Notes under the pieces: model-generated
What the model was told of the DNA's origin: nothing
The model's input: only the letters and a program-made list of their open reading frames with translations
Databases searched by the model: none
From: a virus
DNA: 64,000 bases
Reading direction: 5' to 3' (one strand)
Virus genome (UHGV): UHGV-1430452
Shown here: in pieces, positions 55,909 through 64,000 of the stretch
Layout of the letters: the number at the start of each line of letters is the position of its first letter
How positions within the stretch are numbered: position 1 is the stretch's first letter
Made by a program: the position numbers and the translations under genes

Positions 55909-57180
55909 TCATAGGTCCGAAATTGGTGTGTCACCTAATGAGGGTTCTTCCTCTGGTGGAATATCTTCTTCACTTATATCCGGAGTTGGATTCAATCCAG
56001 TTCCTGTTTGATTGATGTTGCTATTTACTAACTGGTCAGCTTTTGGATCATCTGATGGTTTCATACCAATAATCTGTCGAACCTCATTAGCTGTAAGTAT
56101 TTCATTCTGCGTAAACACTCCAGCGATTTCAGCCAGTTTACTAAGAGGAACGAGTCTAAACGAATCTCTGAAGAATTTGATAGTCTGATTCTGAGATCGT
56201 GCTGTCTTTGTTAAAAACTTGCGTTTCATCTCATCGACGATTGCTGCGACAATTGGCTCAATAGTCCTTGAATAGTAGTTCAGCATTTCTTCTTCGCTCG
56301 CTGATCCATCGAGTATCGCCTGTGTGATTCCAAGCTGGCTGTATAGTTGAGCAGTTAGATATTCCACTTGTTTCATCAGGTTATTGTCGAGAGGTCTGTT
56401 TAACTGCACTATCTTTTCAGTTCCATCAACATAGCCAATACCGTAAGTGGAACCGCTTAGCTGTTGCTCCAGGTCCGCACGTCTTTCATTAGCTAGTTTT
56501 CGCCGAGCTTCAGATTTAATAGAATATGGTAGCTGAATAATCATGTCCAATTTTCCACTACTGATACGTTCGTCCATTCTATCGAGAAGGGCAAGTTTTC
56601 GCGTAAGACGCTGCATGGTAGAATTATGCTCATTGATAACCGCATATAAAGGATTCTCAACTATAGCTACCATTTTCTTTTCAAGCTTAATGTCTTCTCG
56701 TTCTCCTGTTCGTTCATTGTAAACTCTAACTTTCACATGGTTTGGATACCATTCAAGAATTTTACCAGTTCGCATGGAAAGTATTTTATATGATTCAGTT
56801 TGAGATGGATCTATATCTGTATCAACAGGAACTATTGCTACACAGCCCTCGTCAAGCATAGACATAACGATATCTTGTGTGAATGCTCTACCAGTCTGAT
56901 CGATATTCGCTTCAAGATTCAGACATTTATTAAGAGTCGAATCAATCTTTTCTATAAATCTACCGTTACTGTCTATACGACAGTGATTAATATTTATAGA
57001 AGAGACATCCAAAGCTATTCGATTAAAAATAGCAGTAACAACAGATCGCTCATTACCCCTAGTGAATCTCGGCCTATCCGGTCTATTTGAATATCCTGGA
57101 CCAATGTTACGAGAGTCATATGTCGGATCTCGGTTCATGAAAGCATTCCACGAATGCCGAAGTCTATCTATAAAATCCAT
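55909..57180 (-). CDS. portal protein
   Basis: 423 aa, between terminase and capsid genes; acidic C-terminus. Confidence 0.55.
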   Translation of the reverse strand: MDFIDRLRHSWNAFMNRDPTYDSRNIGPGYSNRPDRPRFTRGNERSVVTAIFNRIALDVSSININHCRIDSNGRFIEKIDSTLNKCLNLEANIDQTGRAFTQDIVMSMLDEGCVAIVPVDTDIDPSQTESYKILSMRTGKILEWYPNHVKVRVYNERTGEREDIKLEKKMVAIVENPLYAVINEHNSTMQRLTRKLALLDRMDERISSGKLDMIIQLPYSIKSEARRKLANERRADLEQQLSGSTYGIGYVDGTEKIVQLNRPLDNNLMKQVEYLTAQLYSQLGITQAILDGSASEEEMLNYYSRTIEPIVAAIVDEMKRKFLTKTARSQNQTIKFFRDSFRLVPLSKLAEIAGVFTQNEILTANEVRQIIGMKPSDDPKADQLVNSNINQTGTGLNPTPDISEEDIPPEEEPSLGDTPISDL

Positions 57181-57194
57181 TTTGATTTTACCTC

Positions 57195-57791
57195 CTATGG
57201 TGTTGATGGATTAAGACTTTCAGCGATTTTAGCGTCTATGTATGAATGTATTTCAGCTATATCCGCTTCCGTCCAATAATCAGTACCTCTGACAGGTGTC
57301 TTCCCATCAGTACCAGGATCTCCTTTTGGTCCAGCATCACCAGTATCACCTTTTGGTCCCTGAACACCCTGTTCACCTTGAGGTCCGGTTAATCCTGTAT
57401 CTCCCTTTGGACCCTGAATACCTTGTTCACCTTGAGGTCCAGTAGCTCCGGTATCACCTTTTGGTCCCTGGATACCCTGTTCACCTTTCGGGCCTGTAGC
57501 TCCGGTATCACCTTTCGGACCTTTAAGACTAGCTAACCATTCAGTCTCGCTTCCTTCGAAACCAGTAGAAAGCGCTACTTGATAAGCAGAATCACCTGGA
57601 TCTCCTTTTTCACCAGGAGGGCCAGGAGTGGTTGAACCAGTTCCTCCGTTAGTAATGAGCTCGCATAATTCCCAAAGCAATTCTTCAGCTCTAGACTGAG
57701 GTCTCGGCAATCCTTCAGTACCTTTCTGTAAGATAGTATTTTTCATATATTCTTCAAATCTACTATCCGGTATGTATGTTTCATCGATCAT
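57195..57791 (-). CDS. collagen-like repeat protein
   Basis: 198 aa; GPKGDTGATGPKGEQGIQGPKGDTGATGPQGEQGIQGPKGDTGLTGPQGEQGVQGPKGDTGDAGPKGDPG. Confidence 0.55.
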   Translation of the reverse strand: MIDETYIPDSRFEEYMKNTILQKGTEGLPRPQSRAEELLWELCELITNGGTGSTTPGPPGEKGDPGDSAYQVALSTGFEGSETEWLASLKGPKGDTGATGPKGEQGIQGPKGDTGATGPQGEQGIQGPKGDTGLTGPQGEQGVQGPKGDTGDAGPKGDPGTDGKTPVRGTDYWTEADIAEIHSYIDAKIAESLNPSTP

Positions 57792-57809
57792 TTTGTCACC
57801 TCTAAGTGC

Positions 57810-58055
57810 TTAGAGTTCAATTCCTTCAATGGCTGCTCTTACCTCAAGACATCTGAGATACTCGCCCATGTAACGTTTCTGCTCCTGAAGTTTTGCTATC
57901 GGGCAAGTTGGTTTGAAGTCGAGAACTCCTGCTTCATGTTTTACAAGCATCTGATGTAATTTGTCATATCGAATCTTTGTCTGATAATACTCAGCTTTAA
58001 AACGATCTTTATAATCGGAACTATTCATAAGTTCAATCGTGTCTTTTAACTCCAT
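57810..58055 (-). CDS. hypothetical protein
   Basis: 81-aa ORF; AAGGAGG RBS. Confidence 0.4.
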   Translation of the reverse strand: MELKDTIELMNSSDYKDRFKAEYYQTKIRYDKLHQMLVKHEAGVLDFKPTCPIAKLQEQKRYMGEYLRCLEVRAAIEGIEL

Positions 58056-58144
58056 TTTGAATTTACCTCCTTATCTTATTTACGGCCGCCTTTCTTACCG
58101 CCTTTTCCTTTACGTCCACCTTTACATGCCATAGTTTTTCACCT

Positions 58145-59878
58145 CTATTCAAAAGCATCCTTGTTCAGTTTATAAGCAACGAACGCATCCATAAGTGCTG
58201 CAACGCAGTCAATCTTATGCTCTCGTTTGCGTTTATAAAGTTTTCTGTTACCGTTGGTGTCTTCAAGGGTGATACAGTTTCCCATAGCAAACGACATGAT
58301 CTCTTCATCGAATCGAAGCATTCTCTCTTCAGAAAGGTTCTTTAATTCTCCAAGAGGAATAGATTCTGTCTTTGCTCCCTGAATTACTTTCTCAATACCA
58401 AACGGACCATTCTCGGTTTCCCATCTATTAACAAATTCCTTTGCTCCATACGGGTCAAAGCCGAAACACCGAACATCGTAATCACTATCGATAATATGTT
58501 TATCCAGATCGTCGTAAACTTGCATCATATCGAGGATCGCACCGTCGAGAACTATCAAACTACCTTCATTCATAAACTGATCGTATTTCGTCCGCATAGC
58601 TGCTGGTAATTTCATCAGAGTTAATGAAGAAATATAGTTTCTAGTCTTAATACCGAACGTTCCATCCTGTAAAGGGAACATAAATGAGAATGAGCAAAAG
58701 TCGTCTCCCTGCGATAAGTCTGCTCCCATAGCACAAGGTAATCCCCAGTAATCTCTACGTCTATGAGGTATTGTCTCTTCATAAGTAAAGTAATAGGTAT
58801 AACCTTCCAACGGGATTCCAAATCTTTTCGCAAGAATATCGTTCTTTGCTGCTGGGTTCTGTTCGGCTCTTTCCACGTCAAGCTGATATGCTTCAGGGCT
58901 AACGGTCTTTCCAATATTCGGATTAGCCTTAAGCCACATTTCTGGATTTCCTACTTCCTCAATATCATCGAGCTTATACCACCAGATTGATACGTGAGGA
59001 TTAGTGTACTCGTCTCGAAGAATCTTAGATAATTCCATTTTGATTGTGTCGCCGCTACCATTTCGTACAGTACCTTCTGAACTGGTTGCCACAATAAGAT
59101 AATCATCATTTTTTGAGGCACCCTGTTCAACAGCACCAACGACGTCTTCTCGTACATCTCCTGATAGCCATTCATCTATAGTGGAGATCTTATCTCTTCG
59201 TGACTGCAATTTATCGATGGACATTGGTAGAACTTCGATTATTGAATTTGTAAGGAAGTTCTCTACACCCTTTTTCGTACTAGCTAACTTCTGTCGATTC
59301 GCCCTTGAGCCTGTAGTATTCTGTAAAGAGCCCTCTGTTAAGAATTTAAACAAAGGACCTCTAGCTCTTGCTATAGCTGTACGAATAGGAGCTAATGTTG
59401 CTTCTGATTGTCTCATTGTCGGCGCGGTTACTAATTGCTGAGTAGTACTCGTGTCGACATTTAAAAAATAAGCCTGAATACATGCCGCATACATCGATTT
59501 AGCAGCACCTCTGGCTACGATCAAATACTGTTTGTTAACCAGTCGTTTCTTAATTCTCTTGGTAACATATCGTCCTTCGTCGTAGTCATAGACTGATCGT
59601 TCAACGAAGTAATACCAACCGAAAATCTGTTCCGCCCAAAGTTTAAACGAATCAAGTAAATGTAGATCTTCGCCATCAGTTAATGTGAGTTCGTTCTCAC
59701 AATAATTAATAAAACCCTGGATCGCTTGGTCGTCATACCAAATTCCAGGGTTAGCTATAAGATCATCTATTCGATTCATCTCCATCGAGATTTCTTTACA
59801 TATTGGGATTTCTCCTCGCATGACCGCCTCTCTAAAGCGGCCGTAATATTTCGGAACAGCCGTGTTTGAAAGACTCAT
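58145..59878 (-). CDS. terL: terminase large subunit
   Basis: 577 aa; Walker A-like LIVARGAAKSMYAA; ATPase and nuclease halves in the usual order. Confidence 0.8.
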   Translation of the reverse strand: MSLSNTAVPKYYGRFREAVMRGEIPICKEISMEMNRIDDLIANPGIWYDDQAIQGFINYCENELTLTDGEDLHLLDSFKLWAEQIFGWYYFVERSVYDYDEGRYVTKRIKKRLVNKQYLIVARGAAKSMYAACIQAYFLNVDTSTTQQLVTAPTMRQSEATLAPIRTAIARARGPLFKFLTEGSLQNTTGSRANRQKLASTKKGVENFLTNSIIEVLPMSIDKLQSRRDKISTIDEWLSGDVREDVVGAVEQGASKNDDYLIVATSSEGTVRNGSGDTIKMELSKILRDEYTNPHVSIWWYKLDDIEEVGNPEMWLKANPNIGKTVSPEAYQLDVERAEQNPAAKNDILAKRFGIPLEGYTYYFTYEETIPHRRRDYWGLPCAMGADLSQGDDFCSFSFMFPLQDGTFGIKTRNYISSLTLMKLPAAMRTKYDQFMNEGSLIVLDGAILDMMQVYDDLDKHIIDSDYDVRCFGFDPYGAKEFVNRWETENGPFGIEKVIQGAKTESIPLGELKNLSEERMLRFDEEIMSFAMGNCITLEDTNGNRKLYKRKREHKIDCVAALMDAFVAYKLNKDAFE

Positions 59879-59921
59879 GATGTTTTTCTCCTGTTTTATT
59901 TTGTGTTCTATTTAGCACACT

Positions 59922-60494
59922 TTAACGACCATAACGAGCATTGTTCAATATTCTTGACACATAGGTTCGTCCAGTCTTTTTGTATGCTTCTTGAGATTCG
60001 AGCAACATAGCATCTGCCTTATCAGATAATCTTGAAGCATCTTCGAACATTTTATTATACTCCTTAGCATCTGCTGTTTTGTTCTGTGCAGAAGCTATAA
60101 ATCTTGAAACTGCGTTTTTACCAAGTTTCTTGCGCTGCTCTTTAACCTGATTCCACTTTGCATCAGCAACATCACTAGCTTTTGATGCTGCATCAACCTT
60201 TTTAGAATAATCTTTTACTGCTGATTTTTTGGCATCTACTTTCGCTTTCTTTATGTCGGCTTTTGCTTCTCTTAAAGAAGCCTTAGCTGCATCTCTTTGG
60301 ATCTTATTACCTTTTCGAATAGCTCCAATACCGTTCAACTGACCAGAATTCCTAGCTGCTTTACGAGCTTCTAATCCATCAGCTCTGGCTTTCTTAGAGG
60401 CTTGTCTAAAGGTCGGCTGATCGCTTCTCCTTCTAACTCCCCACTTCATGCCTTTTACACCGTAGTGCATTAATTTGTCATCATAGTATCCCAT
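59922..60494 (-). CDS. leader-sharing paralogue 4 (190 aa, Lys/Ala-rich coiled-coil)
   Basis: N-terminus LMHYGVKGMKWGVRRR shared with the three genes upstream; sits in the usual small-terminase slot. Confidence 0.5.
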   Translation of the reverse strand: MGYYDDKLMHYGVKGMKWGVRRRSDQPTFRQASKKARADGLEARKAARNSGQLNGIGAIRKGNKIQRDAAKASLREAKADIKKAKVDAKKSAVKDYSKKVDAASKASDVADAKWNQVKEQRKKLGKNAVSRFIASAQNKTADAKEYNKMFEDASRLSDKADAMLLESQEAYKKTGRTYVSRILNNARYGR

Positions 60495-60523
60495 TTTGAA
60501 TTTTCACCTCTTATCTCAAATAG

Positions 60524-61660
60524 TTATGTGTTCCCGGACAGCATCCCAATGATTTCTCTATCCGATAGTTTCGTGTTCGGATGTTGTTTACGATAATTAT
60601 TTATCGCTTTTGTGTTAAAAGCATATGATACTCCTACTGGAACAGTTGCTCCCAAAGCATACGTAGCTCCCTTTTTTGAGCCAGTTATTATTTTGTTGAC
60701 GTAGTCTTCAGCTTTCTGTATTTTCTTAGCTTGATCAAGATTCTTTGAAATCTCATCAACCGTTAATTCTCTAAAATTAGTTACAGAAATCTTTCCTTTC
60801 GCATCAAATACTATGAGAGGATTTTTTGTCTTGTAGTCATTAAACTTCATATCGTTAATGTCTTGAATAGCATTATATCCTTTTGATTTCATAGCACTAT
60901 AAAATGTTTTGGATGAATATGAATCATGATTCCCAGCTAATTTAGAATTGAAATTTTCATACAGTTTTGATAACTCACTATCTGTATACGTTCCGAATTT
61001 AGCAAATCTTATAGGCTTTTCATTCGAACTTATAGAGCTTGGTAGATTATGTACATACTCTGCGAACTTTTTATCATTCTTATAAAGATCTTTGAATACT
61101 TTCTTCGCATTATTCTTAGAAGCAACTTTGACATCATCTTTAACTAATAAAGACATCACATATGCTTTTCCAGTCTGTTGATATCGTTCTCTACCAAGTT
61201 TACCTGCATATTTTATGTTATCGGTTTTCTTGTATGAAGCGAAGAAATTATCGTATAACTTTCCTCCGGTATCTTTCATCTCTACTCGTTGCAACAACTT
61301 TCCAGACTTTATAGTTTTATCACAGTAATCTTTAATGTACTTATTTGTTGCATATGCAGCTATCGAAGCAACTGTGATACCGGCTGTTATGGCTATGATT
61401 TTCTCAGTTTTGATACGTCTATCAGCCGCCATCTTAGCCTGTTTAGGACTCATCCCTTTGCTAATATACTTAGATTCAATCCTCGATCTGTGACTCGATC
61501 TATTTGTGCTCTTATCGGATTCGTTTTGGTATTTATTCTTTCCAGCATTAGTGAGAGAACCGTCTTTATTTTGGTAACGTCTTATTCCCCATTTCATGCC
61601 TTTTACACCGTAATGGTAGAGTTCATCTGTAGAAGTTATTCTTGAAATTGCATACTCCAT
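60524..61660 (-). CDS. leader-sharing paralogue 3 (378 aa)
   Basis: N-terminus ELYHYGVKGMKWGIRRYQNKDGSLT; C-terminal block homologous to paralogue 2. Confidence 0.5.
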   Translation of the reverse strand: MEYAISRITSTDELYHYGVKGMKWGIRRYQNKDGSLTNAGKNKYQNESDKSTNRSSHRSRIESKYISKGMSPKQAKMAADRRIKTEKIIAITAGITVASIAAYATNKYIKDYCDKTIKSGKLLQRVEMKDTGGKLYDNFFASYKKTDNIKYAGKLGRERYQQTGKAYVMSLLVKDDVKVASKNNAKKVFKDLYKNDKKFAEYVHNLPSSISSNEKPIRFAKFGTYTDSELSKLYENFNSKLAGNHDSYSSKTFYSAMKSKGYNAIQDINDMKFNDYKTKNPLIVFDAKGKISVTNFRELTVDEISKNLDQAKKIQKAEDYVNKIITGSKKGATYALGATVPVGVSYAFNTKAINNYRKQHPNTKLSDREIIGMLSGNT

Positions 61661-61677
61661 TTTGACTCACCTACCTC

Positions 61678-62736
61678 TTAACTCAAATACTTATCAAGTT
61701 TACGGTTCACATAAGAATCGCACTCCGACACACTCTTCGTTCCGAGCTTAGATACGAAACCAACTGTATTAGCTCCGATTTCCTTAACGATTCTTTCTGA
61801 ATTGTATTTTCGATACAGCTTGTCTACAATTTTAGGATTCGCTTCGGTTACAGACTGAAGTTTCACCGAATCTGTATCAAACACAATCATAGGTCTTTTC
61901 GCATGATAACTTGAATACTCCTTATCGTTATAGTCAAGTAAAGCATTATAACCTTTCTTCTTTAACTCTGAGTAGAAACGATTTTGTGCAGCTATCTCTT
62001 GTTGATTATGGTTTACAAGGGATAGATTCAGAGCCTTATAGATAGCCACCTTTTCAGAATTTCTAAGTTTACTTGGATCTTTCTCCAAAGCATTTTGAGC
62101 TTGTTTAAATAGAACCTGTTGAGTAGGTCGCCGCATCTTCTCTTTAGAGTCAGCTATCGAAGCCTCTACATTCTTCTTAAACTCTGGCTCTTTCAATAAG
62201 TTTGCGGTTATGTAGCCAGCGTTCTCATCTGACGGAACTTTCAACTTCTTCACAGTTTCCAGTTTCAACTGATAAACCTTCATATTATTGCTTTTATCTC
62301 TTAGAGATTTTGCAACGTTGAAATCTTCCTCACTGCCGGTTGCCTCAGCCTGTTTCTCAGCACGTCTTGCATCCGAAGCAGCTCTACTCGTAAGATTCTT
62401 ACCAAATAATCCGAGATACTTATCCATGTCTTTCTTTTTATATGTAGCGTAGAATGCGAAATTCTCGAATTCTTTTGAAGTCTGGATTCGAGCGAATGTA
62501 GTACCTTTTCTTAAATATGTATCAACGTACTGCTTACCTGTGACTTGAGTTTTGACAGTGTTTTTTAATTCAGAAACTTTCATACTCATTAACGTAGTCT
62601 TTTTCTGTGTGATATGAGTATCTGAAGAATTCTGATATCGTTTCTTACCAGATGGTGTCAATGTTCCGTCAGCATACTGATATCTCCTAACACCCCACTT
62701 TTGACCTTTAACGCCGTGATGATAAAGTTCTTCCAT
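61678..62736 (-). CDS. leader-sharing paralogue 2 (352 aa)
   Basis: N-terminus MEELYHHGVKGQKWGVRRYQYADGTLT. Confidence 0.5.
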   Translation of the reverse strand: MEELYHHGVKGQKWGVRRYQYADGTLTPSGKKRYQNSSDTHITQKKTTLMSMKVSELKNTVKTQVTGKQYVDTYLRKGTTFARIQTSKEFENFAFYATYKKKDMDKYLGLFGKNLTSRAASDARRAEKQAEATGSEEDFNVAKSLRDKSNNMKVYQLKLETVKKLKVPSDENAGYITANLLKEPEFKKNVEASIADSKEKMRRPTQQVLFKQAQNALEKDPSKLRNSEKVAIYKALNLSLVNHNQQEIAAQNRFYSELKKKGYNALLDYNDKEYSSYHAKRPMIVFDTDSVKLQSVTEANPKIVDKLYRKYNSERIVKEIGANTVGFVSKLGTKSVSECDSYVNRKLDKYLS

Positions 62737-62739
62737 AAC

Positions 62740-63285
62740 TTACTTACCACTTAGCGCTTTGATGGCTAAAGCAATGCTTAATGCCGACCCGGTTACTGCT
62801 AAAACATCACCGGTGGTTTCTAGCATTCTACTAGCATACTCGCGTCCTTTCGTGGTTTTTTGAGGAGCAAACATATCATTATATTGTTTCTCCAAAAGAG
62901 CTCTATTAATCTGATCACGCATTTCTTTATCGGTCATGTTGCTTAAGTCCATCTTTTGTTTCGGATTATTTCTGATAGACTTATCGGTCATGGTCTTTAT
63001 ATTACGGCTCAGTCCAGCAGTAGCATCGGTCAAAGATTTGGTTCTTTCCAAGTCTTCTTTAACATATCGTCTAGCATCTGCTATGTTGTCAGTTCGACCG
63101 TTCTTTTTAGACTGCTTATAATAAGTACCAGTAGACTCATCATACTTATTAAATTCTTTTTCTCTAGAGTCTCTTTCATATCTCTTCTGACCTTTTTCAG
63201 TAAGAGTACCATCCTTGTTCTGGTATCTTCTTACTCCCCATTTCATGCCTTTAATTCCATGATGATAGAGTTCATTATTGTCCAT
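62740..63285 (-). CDS. leader-sharing paralogue 1 (181 aa)
   Basis: N-terminus NELYHHGIKGMKWGVRRYQNKDGTLT; C-terminal hydrophobic helix. Confidence 0.5.
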   Translation of the reverse strand: MDNNELYHHGIKGMKWGVRRYQNKDGTLTEKGQKRYERDSREKEFNKYDESTGTYYKQSKKNGRTDNIADARRYVKEDLERTKSLTDATAGLSRNIKTMTDKSIRNNPKQKMDLSNMTDKEMRDQINRALLEKQYNDMFAPQKTTKGREYASRMLETTGDVLAVTGSALSIALAIKALSGK

Positions 63286-63640
63286 TTTGAATTACCTCCT
63301 TTCCAGTTTGTTCTGCCTCCACATTAAGTCTCCATTCAAGCTCGTTGATCATCTGTTTCATGGCTTCCATTACAGCAGAGCTAAGAGGAGGATCGAAAAT
63401 AAGTCTAACCTTTAGATACATATAGGTTTTTACAGCCTCGAAGTTTTTGTTATCGGTCGGAAGAAATTCATCCCATGTAGTAAACTTATCCGTGATATGA
63501 AATCCATTACTAGGACCAACTCCCAACTGACTAAGTATCATGAATACAGAATTGATATGCATGATGATATCAGAATCAAAGTGCTCATAATCTTCTGTTA
63601 TACCGAGCATCTTTTTAACTGATGTAAGTATACTTTCCAA
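63275..63640 (-). CDS. gp6-like head-tail connector / DNA-packaging family protein (putative)
   Basis: 121 aa; N-terminal pattern SVKKMLGITEDYEHFDSDIIMHINSVFMILSQ resembles the gp6-like connector family. Confidence 0.35.
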   Translation of the reverse strand: MESILTSVKKMLGITEDYEHFDSDIIMHINSVFMILSQLGVGPSNGFHITDKFTTWDEFLPTDNKNFEAVKTYMYLKVRLIFDPPLSSAVMEAMKQMINELEWRLNVEAEQTGKEVIQNGQ

Positions 63641-63657
63641 TATTCACACCTCCTTCG

Positions 63658-63951
63658 CTATCGTTTCCAGGGACAAGTGTCATTTGGTTTTCGTTCTATT
63701 GGTTCTGTTATAAGTAAGCTCTCGTCTCCGTAGTGAATAGCGTTGTGGGTATTGAGTGTTGTAGAAATTACATTCTCTGGATCGAATACTTTCGGATCTC
63801 GTAGAAGAACGTCTTCTACTGAAATTGGATTTATATGATGCACGAGGATCTTACCCACTATCTCATAACCTTCACAGGCCAAATCACAGCCATTATCTCG
63901 AATAATTATTTCGTTACGAAAGCGCTTCCATTCTGTCGTACGATAAAGCAT
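63658..63951 (-). CDS. HNH endonuclease
   Basis: 97 aa; Cys pair CDLACEGY, HHINPI, NTHNAIH; packaging-module position. Confidence 0.7.
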   Translation of the reverse strand: MLYRTTEWKRFRNEIIIRDNGCDLACEGYEIVGKILVHHINPISVEDVLLRDPKVFDPENVISTTLNTHNAIHYGDESLLITEPIERKPNDTCPWKR

Positions 63952-64000
63952 CTGATTTAAATATCGATCATAGCCGAATGTCTCAACACCAACTTGTCCG

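Overview
The window reads as one near-complete genome of a temperate, siphovirus-like phage of a low-GC Gram-positive host (AT-rich, AGGAGG-type ribosome-binding sites, CW_7 cell-wall-binding repeats). Almost all genes are on the minus strand. Reading the minus strand from 64000 down: HNH endonuclease, four tandem paralogues sharing an N-terminal leader, large terminase, portal, a prohead protease-scaffold-capsid fusion, major tail protein, a GH25/CHAP/CW_7 lysin embedded in the tail operon, a 2515-aa tape measure protein, a long baseplate/fibre block, holin, and an isolated moron-like gene. A short plus-strand lysogeny module (tandem-HTH repressor, large serine recombinase, two duplicated small genes) faces a Cro-like gene. 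Below it lies an early region of many small genes, each preceded by a conserved ~30-bp motif with a TTCGCGAA core, plus one tRNA and one tRNA-like element, three dispersed membrane-protein paralogues and a 1408-aa helicase/primase/family-B polymerase fusion. The best candidates for something undescribed are the four-gene paralogue array upstream of the terminase, the motif-driven early gene array, and the dispersed membrane paralogues. All calls rest on reading the sequence and translations by eye; no database search was run and all coordinates are hand-derived.
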